A DNA stretch of 64,000 bases from Paraspadella gotoi (taxonomy: Eukaryota > Animalia > Chaetognatha), in assembly GCA_051294375.1 (NCBI GenBank), contig CM119264.1:4117392-4181391 (forward strand), written 5' to 3'. Under the pieces are notes generated by a model. It made no database searches and was not told the origin of the DNA. It worked only from the letters and a program-made list of their open reading frames with translations. This document shows positions 39,683-51,507 of the stretch, piece by piece. Positions within the stretch are counted from its first letter, which is position 1. The number at the start of each line of letters is the position of its first letter. The translations under genes were made by a program, and so were the position numbers.

Positions 39683-41989
39683 CATGCAATCGTCGTCGTT
39701 TCTTGAAGACAGGCGACACAGGCGTTAAGATTAGAAGCCTTAAAAATGTTCATATGCCATGCAGTCTCTGTTCCTCCTCTCTCTCGTCTCTCGCCTTCGG
39801 TCTCTCCTTCGTCTTCTCAAGTTTCTCACTCTCTCGTGCTTTCTCCCATCTCAGCTCCTTCTTCCTCTCTCTCTCTCTCTCTCACTCCTCCTCTCGTCTC
39901 CCATCTTCTCGGCCCGACTGATTCTCGAGTGTACGATTGTCCGTTCTTCAATTTCCCCCTTTTTCTCGTTTAACCAATTTCGTTGTAAAATTGAGAGAAA
40001 ATTAAATAAAATTGCATGCCTTCACAACCGAGCAACGAAAATTAATAAATAAATCGGATAGGAAACCGATTCAGTTGCGACCAAAAACTCATTCGCTTTA
40101 TTTTCGGGACATGCGACTTTTTTTTTTTTTAATTTTCGGTATTTGGGTGCAAATGTTGCGTTCGCATGCATCGACCAAGAAAAAAAGAGGAAAGCACGGA
40201 TCTGAAAAAAATTCCATTGGCACAATTTAAAATTTTAAAGATTCCCTTAAATGAGCTGAATAAAATGCTTCTCTTTTTATTTTTTTTTCTCTAACGAAGT
40301 TTCTTATCTTTTCGTTTTCCATTAAATGCGTCAAAATGCAACTAATCCTGCGTAAACCGAATTTTCTAACAAAGAATTTCGTCTTATATAAGATAGTCGT
40401 TCAACTAGGCGTATTATATTATATTTCGTACTATCAGACAGCCAAAGAAAAAAAAAAGTTACATGCGGATTTGTTTTTTGGGCAAAAGAATAAAAAAAAA
40501 TGGCATCAATGGAAAAGTCGGCAAATCCCAACAGTCCATGNNNNNNNNNNAGGTCATTTCAAATTGATCGTATGAGTAGCAGAGACATTTGAAACACTGA
40601 TATAATTAGTAAAAAGGGTGAAAAGCGTTTTGCGCTATAGATGCAAATTAACGTCAAATCTGTATTCTACTTTCATAGACATTTTTTTTTTTTCGTTATA
40701 TCAATATCAGCACTGGCAGACATGTATAGTGGCGGGAGGGGGGGGGGCACGGGTCGACGCCCTGAGCAAGTCAAAAATGCAAAAAAAAAGTTTTGTTTTA
40801 ATTCTTTTCTTTTTGGTTTTTTGATATGAGTCAGAGAGTAAACAACGAATACTTTCCTGTCTAAAACAAGATATATATACGTATACGATCGGTATATAAA
40901 ATATTTGAATATTTTCTTTTGACGATGACATGTAATCTGAGCCTTGATAAGTGTAGCGAGTTCATATTTTTTTTCTTACGCCTTTTAAGATGGGATTTTT
41001 TTTTGAGCATGCTTAAAATTATCATGACATCGAACCGATGGGCGGCATGCAACAATCTGTATAACTTCATGCCACATGTTACTTTTCCTTTAAAACTTCT
41101 TCGCGAATACTTTTGAGCAGGGACAGACATATTTTGTTCGTAGCCTAAAAAATAACCTAAATAAACTCATCTTTCAGTCTCTGATATTCAACCATGCATA
41201 GTGTGATTTTTTTTCTCGAACACACAAGATGACATAGTCACACACTTAAGTGATTAATTTGTTAATCGCGTGCGCTTATTTCCTACGGCCTTCGCTGGCA
41301 AAAAAAAATGCTTGCAAAGGGAATTGCTGGCAAAAGGATTGCCAGAGCCGATCCTCATTTAAATCGGAAAAAAAAACCGAGTCGAGTTTCCTTTCATAAC
41401 CGATAGTCGTCGTCGTCGTCGTCGTCGTTCTGGTCGTCGTCCTCGTATCGTCGGCGTCGTTGACATGCAAATTGATTTTTACCGCGTCATCGAATTTTCT
41501 TTTTTAAATTTTTTTTTATCCATTTTTTTTCTTAAAAATTTTTAATATCCCGGATCAAGATGAATAGGTCAATTTGAAAGATGATCCAAGCAAAACTTAA
41601 AAAAAGATATAAGTTATCGCCAAGTTTATCATTGTTTACTCTCTTTCAATATCCATGATAAAAACTTTTTTTTTTTAAATGATAAGGGATCACAAAGATT
41701 CGTTCGATAAATTTTACAGACTAGTTGCAAAAAAATATTGATTACGTTTCGGCTCTTCTCGTATGCAGTGCGAATGTTTATTTTTAGTTAAAATTTCTAG
41801 GATGATAAAAAAAATACAAATAAAAGATTTCCACATGCAAGAAGATATTTCATCGAGGAACACAACCCTTTAAAGTATAAACAATAATATAGATTTGAAA
41901 AAAAAAATTAAAATTTCTTACCTACGTCAATGCTGGTACTGATTATCTGCTCGCTCGTCATAACAATCCTTTCCCCAGTCAAACCATGC
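39683..41989 (-). promoter_or_regulatory. Cluster of Rbfox binding motifs (U)GCAUG on the Rbfox sense strand, 3.3-5.6 kb downstream of its stop codon
   Basis: CATGC (plus strand) at 39683, 39758, 40015, 40110, 40165, 40462, 41008, 41046, 41068, 41193, 41464, 41834 and 41985. Seven are the full CATGCA (UGCAUG on minus): 39683, 39758, 40165, 41046, 41193, 41464, 41834. Confidence 0.6.
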
Positions 41990-44936
41990 GTGCGTTTCGT
42001 TTTCCCCCCAGAGTCAGTTTTCAAACAAATAAAAGATTGCACGAAATTCAAAAATGCAAGCATATTAACCAAGCAGGAGGCGTCGCCCCGTCTCCTCATG
42101 TCAACGACCCAATGAGAGCGATCGTCTCTCTCCGAATGCAACCAGATTTGCAAGTTGCAACCAGATATGTGCGAACACTGACTGCGAGCAACTGTCTACT
42201 CGAAACATCGAGCAACACCATTGAAAACATTTAACTCGGACTTAGAATCCATTCTGCCATAAGTATAAGATGCGTCCATACATCGTCCTAACTCATTTTT
42301 TTTCTATCAAAAGTCTTGGAGGGGGGGGGGAACTACTAACGATGCTAATTTGATAAAGATTAAAGAAGGAAATAGAATTTTTTTCGGTTTTTTTACTAAT
42401 AAGTAAAACTTTATTGAAAATGTATCACATTGTTCATTTTTTTTTATTTCTCTCATTATCAGCGTGTCATACTGGATGGCAGCATAGACCCTACGATTAC
42501 ACGCGGCCCTCTGGGGTAAAAAAAAAAGAAAACAAATTCATGTGTAGCCTCTATCGTTCAAATCAATGTTAGAGGACGCATTACAGAGGGCCTAGCATGG
42601 CATGGCTTGGCAGGGGAGAGGGGAAAGGACTGCGTGTGATTAAGATAGTCCACAGAATGGAAATAGTTTTTTTTTTTTTTGTATAAAAAAAATACCATTC
42701 GAACTGACATCAAGCAATCACCAAAAAGATATTTAAGGGGTCCTACCATGGCCGCGTCCCTAAAAGTTTCTAACAGTTAAAATAATTCCATTTTTTTGTT
42801 GTTGTCGTTATCTTAGGTGTTTCAAGTTTGCCTCGTACGTTGGAAGAGATTGTAGTCTCACATCATGTATGGTCGTACAATATGTCAACAATTTTCACAA
42901 ATGGAATAAGTTACAAGTTACAGTAAAGATGGTACAAAGATAGAAAAGATGATTAAGAAGTAATATTACAGACACTAACCTCATTATCTAAGTAACAAAT
43001 GATATGAACATGGAGTGGACAGTTTACCGCCAGGGGAGCTGTTGAGAGAGAGGCAAAAAGGGAAACGGAATAACATTACCATAAGTATTGTTTTAAGATG
43101 TCATGTATAGACTCACTTTCAAAAAAAAAGGTTTCAGCTGGAAAGTGGACTACGACAAATATGGTTTTAAGTCAAAATCTCTTCTAATTACATAATGAGG
43201 AAAAAAGCTCAAAAGCTCACATAGAGAGAATTTAAATTTATATAATCTTATAAAAATTTCTCTTTTTCTGTTTTTCTTATAATTTCATGATACATGGTTT
43301 CATCAGAGACTATTTTATTTTCTTAAATATTTTCTATGTATTAATAGCATTACAGGACAGGAATGTAGACAATATACAGTTCTCCCTCACACACGTAATA
43401 AAGGAAAAATGAGGTTATGATGCCATAGACTACATTTTTTTTACCTACACTGAATAGCTAGGTATGAGGATTGTGAGTAATATATTTGCTATTGAATGGG
43501 ATAACAATATTGAATTATGTGTTTCTGGTCAACAGACATGGCACTTGTTAATCATAGGCACAGTCTCATATTCGGATCGTTTAACGGTTATGCTCTGTTC
43601 TGTTCATTTTCATACTTTTTTTTTTCAAGTTTTTTTTTTCTTTCTGGATTCATAGCATTTTTATGCTAATCATTTTGTTGGAATTCCATTTTTAGTTTTT
43701 ATTTTTGATTTTCTCGATTCCATAGTTTTGCTGCTAAGGCATTTGGCTGATTGTCTCCTGTGTGCTGACATCTTTTCCGCTTTTAGCTCCAATGCTACTA
43801 CTGCTCTTTTTAAAAATCCGCGTTCTCCAATGAAATCATGTATCAAAAAGAAGGGATACTACACATTTGAATCAATTTGGCATAGAAATTTGAGGCTATA
43901 AAAATACAATATCAATATTGCTGTATAGGTGGGCTTATGGTGTCATAGGAAATGTAAAAGGAAAACGAAATTGCGTAATAAACGTTTGTGATTCTTTTTT
44001 TTATAGATTTATCTGCTAATATCAGCGTATGGCAATGCTAGTGGCATTTTATACGATTTTTGAGAGAAGTAGGGTTAGATCATTAAGATTACAAGGCGTT
44101 AGTCGGAACTACTATCTTTGGTATGGATTCATGCCGCAGATTCTTTGGCATGGAAAAGTAATAAATAATTTTTAGGTATGGTATTTTTTTAGTTTTTTGG
44201 GGGAAATCGTTCAGTCTTGCCATTTGTACACTAATAAATATATACTAATTTTTAAAAAAAAAACTAGTCTATCAGACTGCCAAATTGGCCTGGTTCCCAT
44301 GCTATCCCTTGTAGTCTCAATGCATCGGGGAAAAAAGTAACAAGACAACAGCAACAAGAGGAAAAAAAACTATTAAAAAAAAAAACCATAAAAACGAAAA
44401 GAGGAAAAAATATATGAGTTGGAATATCAGTGATGCTTTTTGGAAGGCCGACTAGTTGATATTCGATTCGGAGGGAAAAAGGTTTCGTGATCTCAGGGAA
44501 GTTTTTTTTTTTTTTTTCTGGAAAGTGATTAAATCGATTTTTTATTTAAAAAAAAAAGGCCTGCAAAGAGAATCACTTAGCACATCGATACACCTTTTTT
44601 TATTTATTTTTTTATTCTTATTAATTTATCCGCGTGCCAGAGAGAAAAATAATAGCGCGCGGGAATTTAAAAAAAAAAAGATAAAGCGACATCTGGTGGC
44701 ATTCGTCTCAAGCGAAAGCGTCGCGAAAAAAAAAGAGAACAACTGGACAAAAGACGAACGAAAAAAAAAACACGTTGCGTTTCTGTTGTTTTGTCGTCAT
44801 TTACGCTTCGCCACTGACGAACGTTTTTTTAGTTTAATATATAATCAAAATCGATTTATTAAAAAAAAGTGTGTGGGGGGGGAAATAAAATGACAATGAT
44901 TTGATTTATTCGGGTTATTTTTGAAAAGAAAAAAAT

Positions 44937-44978
44937 CTGTAAAGAATAAAGAGAAGAAGAGGAAAGAGTAAAACTTAC
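44937..44978 (-). other. Candidate 42-nt GT-AG mini-intron in the Rbfox 3' UTR
   Basis: The minus strand reads GTAAGTTTTACTCTTTCCTCTTCTTCTCTTTATTCTTTACAG: consensus donor, polypyrimidine tract and YAG acceptor, about 340 nt after the stop codon. Confidence 0.3.
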
Positions 44979-45316
44979 GCGTCGCAATCGGAAGAGCTTC
45001 TTGGCATTTTTGTTTGTTTAAAAACTCGTGTGTGTTGGGAGTATATTTTATCGTAATAATAATAATTATAATAATATTAATAATTAAAAAAATTCATTTA
45101 TCATCAATTGAGGCGTTTTTTTTTTTAAAAATCAATATTGAGATAGAGAGAGAAAGAGGGCGAGCGAGGAGTAATCGGGCGTGGGAAGGGGTGAGGGAAA
45201 GAGAGAGAAATAGAGAGCGAGGGAAATAGTAGAGAGAAAAGTTTTTTTTTGTTTTAATTTATTTAATTTTTTTGTTTGTTTTTTTGTTTTGACATACGAT
45301 TTCGACGGAGCCTCCA

Positions 45317-46672
45317 TCAGTACGGGGCAAAGCGTTGATACCCCCCGCGATAAACCGTCCCATATCCCGCGATAGGACCTATGCTGCCATTGAGGTACGG
45401 ATTCGCCGCCGCCGCGGTCGTGTAGCCTGAGACGGTGAGGGGCTGACCCTGCGCCGCCGCCGCTGCGGTCCCCGCCGCCGCCGCGCCGGCCGCCATTTGA
45501 TTCTGCGCCACGGCCGCCAGTTGCGTGGCGGAGGTGGCGGTGCCGAAGGCCTGGGAGACGGCGGGGTGGTAGGCTCCAGCCTGCAGCAGGAGGAATGGGT
45601 CCTGAATCATCCCCGTCGCCGCCAGTCCCGGGATTGGAGACGCCGCCGAAGCAGCCGCCGCTGCCGCCGCCGCCGCCGCCATTTGCGCCTGGGGCCGGAT
45701 GGTTAGCGCCTGCGCGGCGGCGACGGCCGGGTGCAGCGTCGGCGTCCGGCCGCGCTGAAACGCCACGCCCCGCAGCGCCGCCGCAGTGGCCGCGTCGCAG
45801 CCACTGACAGCGGGGATGCCCAGCAGGGAGCTGGCGAAAGTGTCCATGCTCTTCAGCAGGATGCCGTTGTGCAGCACCTTGGGCGCCTTCTTCGTCTGCA
45901 CGCGAGCGGTGGCGTTGTTGACTTCGATCTTCCGACCCTCGACGAGAGACCCGTTGAGCTTTTCCCGCGCCCGGTCCGCGTCCGACGAGTTGGCGAAAGT
46001 GACGAACCCGAATCCTTTCGATCCTCGTTCGTTGAAGATGATCTCCACGTCGAGGATGGGGCCGTAGGGGGAAAACATGGCCCGCAAGTCGGGGTCGCGG
46101 AACCGGAACGGAATATTGGACACGTGGAGCCGCTTCGGCTGCTCCGGTTGCTTAAAGCCCGCGTTGGCCACTGCCACCAAGGGCTGCGCCGCCTCTGAGG
46201 CTGTCGTCGACATAGGGTGGGCCGGAGCCGACCCGTCCGGCGAGTCTGTGACTTGAGTATTCACGATGCTGACCGTCAGTTGTTGCTGCTGTTGCTGTTG
46301 TTGTTGTTGCTGTTGTTGTTGCTGTTGTTGTTGGGGGCCATCGGGGGCAACTTTTTGGGAGAACTGCGGTTGGGAGTCAGAGGCAGTGGGCGTTGAGGGA
46401 AGGGAGAGCGAGGTTTGAGGAGGGCCGCAGTTGAGGGCCGAAGGGGGTGGGGCCGCGCCCGTTGCTCCATACATTTGACCCTGCAGGGCTGCGGCCTGAG
46501 CAGCAGCCACAGCGGCGGCTTGGTAGCCATCCGACGAGCCATCCGTCTGGCCGGGTTGTTGGGGAACGCCGTAGCCTCCGTTGGAGGCGACGGTGACGAC
46601 CGGATTGGCCGGTTGACCCGGCATCATCCCGGGCTGAGGAACCATGTGAGGATAGAAGACAAGATTGGCCAT
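45317..46672 (-). CDS. Rbfox1: RNA-binding Fox-1 family protein (Rbfox/Fox-1/A2BP1), 451 aa, single uninterrupted ORF
   Basis: The ORF has the diagnostic Fox-1 RRM ([21 protein letters not shown]...[18 protein letters not shown]...[15 protein letters not shown]), an Ala/Gln/Pro-rich C-terminal region and the conserved C-terminus [11 protein letters not shown] (PY-type NLS). It is a GC-rich island in AT-rich flanks. The frame stays open upstream of the ATG, with candidate acceptors (C-rich tract then CCCAG/TCCAG at about 46714-46724), so an upstream exon could extend the N-terminus. Confidence 0.97.
   Translation of the reverse strand: MANLVFYPHMVPQPGMMPGQPANPVVTVASNGGYGVPQQPGQTDGSSDGYQAAAVAAAQAAALQGQMYGATGAAPPPSALNCGPPQTSLSLPSTPTASDSQPQFSQKVAPDGPQQQQQQQQQQQQQQQQQQLTVSIVNTQVTDSPDGSAPAHPMSTTASEAAQPLVAVANAGFKQPEQPKRLHVSNIPFRFRDPDLRAMFSPYGPILDVEIIFNERGSKGFGFVTFANSSDADRAREKLNGSLVEGRKIEVNNATARVQTKKAPKVLHNGILLKSMDTFASSLLGIPAVSGCDAATAAALRGVAFQRGRTPTLHPAVAAAQALTIRPQAQMAAAAAAAAAASAASPIPGLAATGMIQDPFLLLQAGAYHPAVSQAFGTATSATQLAAVAQNQMAAGAAAAGTAAAAAQGQPLTVSGYTTAAAANPYLNGSIGPIAGYGTVYRGGYQRFAPY
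46280..46333 (-). repeat. Poly-glutamine tract (18 Q, mixed CAA/CAG) in the Rbfox N-terminal region
   Basis: 54 nt of TTG/CTG triplets on the plus strand, in frame with the Rbfox ORF. Confidence 0.95.
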
Positions 46673-48030
46673 CGCCGCGTCGTCCGTTGGAGCCAGGGGG
46701 TCCGTGGAAGAAGCTGGATTAACTGGGAGGATGGAGGTAGGGTGGGGTGGGAGAGTGGGATGGGATGGGAAGGTGGGTGGGTGGGCGTAGGAAAGGTAGA
46801 GTTGGTATTTATGAGAAGAGGTTTTTTAAATGATATCTGAATATGAATTGTACAATATCTTAATTTAATATCAAAAGTTTTTTATAGTTTTTTTTATTAA
46901 TAACAAAAAGGATATTACTTGATAATCAAAAATATCATTTAAATATCACAATTTGTTATTTTAGTAAACCCTTCATGACCATTAAATATTGAGTACGTTA
47001 AATAATAAATTTATTTATTAGATATGTTTAAATAGAGTCTTTTTTATGTCTTAAATTCTTAAATTCATCTTGAAATCATTAAATTTCAAGTTCGAATTTT
47101 AAAAAAAGGGTGCGCCACACCAAAAGAGTCTTTAGGATTTTTGATTAAAAATGTATTCATGGCATTGTTTGTTATTCATTTTGTTTCTATATTAATCTTT
47201 GCACTTAATTTTTTAGCTTAACCCCAGACTAACTAACAGGCTCCGTATATTTTTTCGTGATAAAATCATATAAAAGGAAAAAAAGTTTTGGGCGAGGTTT
47301 GATCCAGACTTCTCTATCGTTTATAAAATCTAATACATTTTTGTTTCTTTTTTTTTGTCAAAATGAAATTTCTTTTCAACTTTCGATTATTTTTCCCCCC
47401 GAATTTCGAAAGAATCTTTTTTTTTCTTCTTTCCCAAAGTGAATGCCTTTGGCGTCTCGACCCCACATTTTTTCTTTCTTCACAACTTTTCACAACATTA
47501 CTGTTTGGGCGTTTTCGTGATCCCTTATCATCATCCTTACTCAAACCCCCCCCTTGCCTCAGCCTTACCCTTTTTAAGAAAATCAGATTTTCTTAACCCA
47601 ATCTCAACCCTTAAGTTTATGTTATCTTTACGTAAATAAATTATAAATTAATTAATATTAAAGTAAACGTAGTTCTTATTATTTATTATCATTATTTATA
47701 ATATTTTTCGGATACTTTTAGCAATTCTTGGCTTGGGAAATAAATCTTCTCCAACGCTAATATTTGTTTCAGTAAATCTTTCACAAGTAAATTCATTTCG
47801 TATGAATCTAAGACTCGGAAAACGTTCGTAGCCATCCCCCGGTTTAAGACTTTATATTAAAGTCAGAAGATTCATAGCCCAAGATTCATTGTCTTCAGTC
47901 TTCATTTATCGTTTGGGAACAGATTTAAAAGTTGTCCAAAGAATAAATTTAACCGTGTTTTTGTTTCAAATCTGAACGATCATCAAATTCTTTTCTTTCT
48001 CCGAATGTTTACAAAAAGTCGGAATAAACA

Positions 48031-48133
<103 letters not shown>

Positions 48134-49626
48134 TCCCTGGCTCAAGAGCAACAGTTTTCATCTTGGCGTCCGCTTTGGCAAAGCCTTACAGAGTCTTATT
48201 TAATTAGCTCAATTTAGCAGTTATAGGAACTGACGACAAATTTAGTCCCCTTAGCCGTGACTATTGCCGAGAGAGGGAAAGAAAAAAAGAAAGAAAAAGA
48301 AAGATTGATAATAAGGACTTCGTTTTGCCGGTTGATGAATATGACTTTAGACAGACTTATACGTCGTTAACTTTTCCCGATGTTTTTTATTGTTTTAAAC
48401 AAAACGTCAATTTTGATCGTGAAAAAAAATTTCAAAATAAAACTGTTTAGTTTGATCTTTGGAACGAAATATAAACAATAATCTGCTGTACATTCATTCC
48501 TTGCTTGGGTAACGTGGTTTTTAAAAAAAAATTTTAGCTAATTTGGTAATGACGAAAACTTTAGCAATACTCATTGAATATTTAGCGATTATAGTACTAT
48601 TCATAGCAACAACTGGCTTACCTAGTTTGAGCATGGAATGTTTTGGTGGAAAGTGAGGAAAGCAAAAAAAAAAATAATATTTTGAAAGGATTTCTATCAG
48701 GTGTGAGCTTGTTTTCGGAAGATGATGATGATTTTTATTCTTGTTATTTTCAGGTTTTTTTTAAAAATTCTTTAAATTGGCTTAAGGATATGATTTGGCA
48801 AGTGACGCACTTGGGTTGTTCCTTTGTTCGTATTTTTTTAGGAGTTTGTCGTAGATTTTTTGTTTTGTTTTGGAAGACTTTTTTTTTTTTTTAATAATAT
48901 CTGTCAGACGTCGTGTAACGTAACATTTAAATTTTTTTTATCGCTTCATTACTTATTTTTTAAAGAGGAAAGAGAAGAGGGGTAGGGATCGACAGGGGAG
49001 AGAAAGGATTAAATAGAGTGAGAGGGAGACGGAGAGACGAAACGGATGGAGAGGGAGTGGAGCCGCGAATTTCGACCGCTTGAGTCTCCACGACCGAAAG
49101 TGAGCGTCTTTTTCCGACCGACGGTCCGAGCGCTAAATCCTTTTTTTTTCCCCCTTTTTTTCCTTTTTTTGTCTCTCCTTTTATTTTTTTGGTTTCATTT
49201 ATTTTCCCCTTTTTTTCTTTCTTTTGAAAGTCGCCAATCGAAGACGTATCGCGTTAGAGAAGTCAAAGAGAGAGAGAGAGAGAGATGGAGAGAGAGAGAG
49301 TAAAATTCTCACAAAATTTTTTTCACAAATTTCTTTTCCAGTTTCTTTTTTGTTTTTTTCTCTTTTCCGTTCGAAGTTTGGAATCGAATAGAGAGAGAGT
49401 GAGAGTGAGATGAAGAGAAAAACAACTCGTTTATGTGTGAATCGAAGAAAAGGCGAAAAATCGAAGACTGACTTTTTGGAAGAGTGAGAGAGAGATGATC
49501 ACGACGAAGACGATGATGATGACGACGACGACTCCGACGACGATGAAGAAGAAGAAAAAAGGATGAAGATGGTTTTTCGGGATGGGAAACTGGCGAATCG
49601 ACTGGAAGAAAGATGAGGAGAGGGAA

Positions 49627-49703
<77 letters not shown>

Positions 49704-49816
49704 TTTTTTCCAAGGGTTGGGATCCCTGGGATGCTCTCTCTGCTCTCATTGATCGACGGAAAGAAGACAGATCACGATGTGGATGAGAACGTCGACGGTT
49801 CTAAACATCAGCTCGA

Positions 49817-49877
<61 letters not shown>

Positions 49878-50887
49878 GGGGTGAAAGACGATAGTTGCTC
49901 TGCTAGGAAATCCCGCCTTTCTTTCCCCCTTCGCCTTATCGCACTTTCAAGTCTGATCTTTGGATTTTCTTTCTCTATCGACTGTTCGTTGCTGTTCCTA
50001 AATTCCGTTGTTGTTGTTGTGGTGAGTTTTTGACCGTTGGGCGAGGAATGCAGAGATTGAGTTGGCGGAAGAGATAGAAGAAGAGTTAGTGAAAAAAAGA
50101 GAGGTAGAGTTAGAGAAGAAGTAGCGAGACGCGGGCGTTTGTTTAGAAAAATAGGCGGTGACCGGAAGTGGGTGTTGATCTGATGACGGAAAATATCTTC
50201 CTTATTTTCCCCCTTTTTTTTATCGGCCTCCCGTTCGCACGACGTCTACGCGCGCAGTGACGTTCGAAAGTCGATGGAAAAGGAACGGCGAGCGCGTTGC
50301 ATCGATGGCGGAGCGAATAAGATGAGAGAGAGAGAGAGAGGAGAGAGAGAGAAGAGAGAGAGGAGAGAGAGAGAGAGGAGAGTAAGAGGAGAGAGAGACA
50401 AACCCTCCCTAACCGCTGGCCGAGGGCGAAAGAATGAGTCGTGAAAGGAGGTGTGAGATAGAGAGAGAGAAGGTTTTTTTTTCGTTCGTGAAGCAAAGAT
50501 TTTTTCTTTATTTTTTTTTCGCGTTTTTTTTTTAATTTATTTTTTTTTCACATCATTTTTTCTTTTCCATTCGATTCTCTCTCCCTCTCGCGCCCTTCGA
50601 CTCTCTCTCGCTCTCGCTTCTCAAGAATCAGAGTATCTCGCACAAAAACGCAACGGGTGCCTTTGTTTCGTGGGCGAGATAGAGATAGAGACGTTTCGTC
50701 GAGCGAGGGCGTAGGCGAGACGATCGTGGCGCTAAGACCGTTGTTGTCGTTGTTGTTGTCGTTATGCTTGTCCTAGGCTTCTCGACGCAACAAGGATTCC
50801 CGACTGCGACGTGGGCGACGTCTAGCGCTGGTTCGTTGGACCGGAAATGGAGAGAAGGAGAGAGAGTGAGGAAAGAGAGGGAGACGC

Positions 50888-50919
<32 letters not shown>

Positions 50920-51357
50920 ATTCTCCCTTCGCTTTTGCTCACTCTCGAATCCGTTTCCTTTCGTCGTCGCCTGCAGAGAGAGAGAGAGAGAGAGAAAAAA
51001 AGTAAAAACCAATAAGGAGAAAAAAAAAGAAGGAAAAAAAGGAGATATTTCCTTTTTTTTCGTCCTGTTTCGCTAAGCCCGTTTTATCCAGTTTTTTATC
51101 CGGTTTTTTATCCAGTTTTTTATCCGGTTTGCAATCGGTGTTTCATTCATATGAGGCGATCCGTGAAAAACCCCCCGGGGTCAAAGAATCCGGGCCAGAA
51201 AAAACGCACCTACCCACGTCAGCCCCTACCCCTGTCGGCCAAAACCCCCATCGGTCCTTACCACTCAACGACCCTCACCTTTACTCCACATTCATCCCCA
51301 CCAATATCAAATTTATTAAAGTATTTGTGACGCTGAACGCAATACTTATATCAAGTA

Positions 51358-51507
51358 TTTTTAAGTATTTTCTTTCAATCCTTCAATAAATCAAATTTTC
51401 TCTCACTTCTCTCTTTCTACTTTATTTTTATTTTTATTTTTAAGTATTTTCTTTCAATCCTTTAATAAACCAAAATTTCCTCTCACTTCTCTCCCTCTAC
51501 TTTATTT
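51358..51507. repeat. Tandem duplication of about 80 bp
   Basis: TTTTAAGTATTTTCTTTCAATCCTT.AATAAA.CAAA.TTTC.TCTCACTTCTCTC...CTACTTTATTT occurs twice. Confidence 0.8.

Noticed and set aside
45497-46840. Plus-strand and alternative-frame ORFs overlapping Rbfox
   Set aside because: Shadow ORFs caused by the high GC content of the Rbfox CDS; no recognisable domains.
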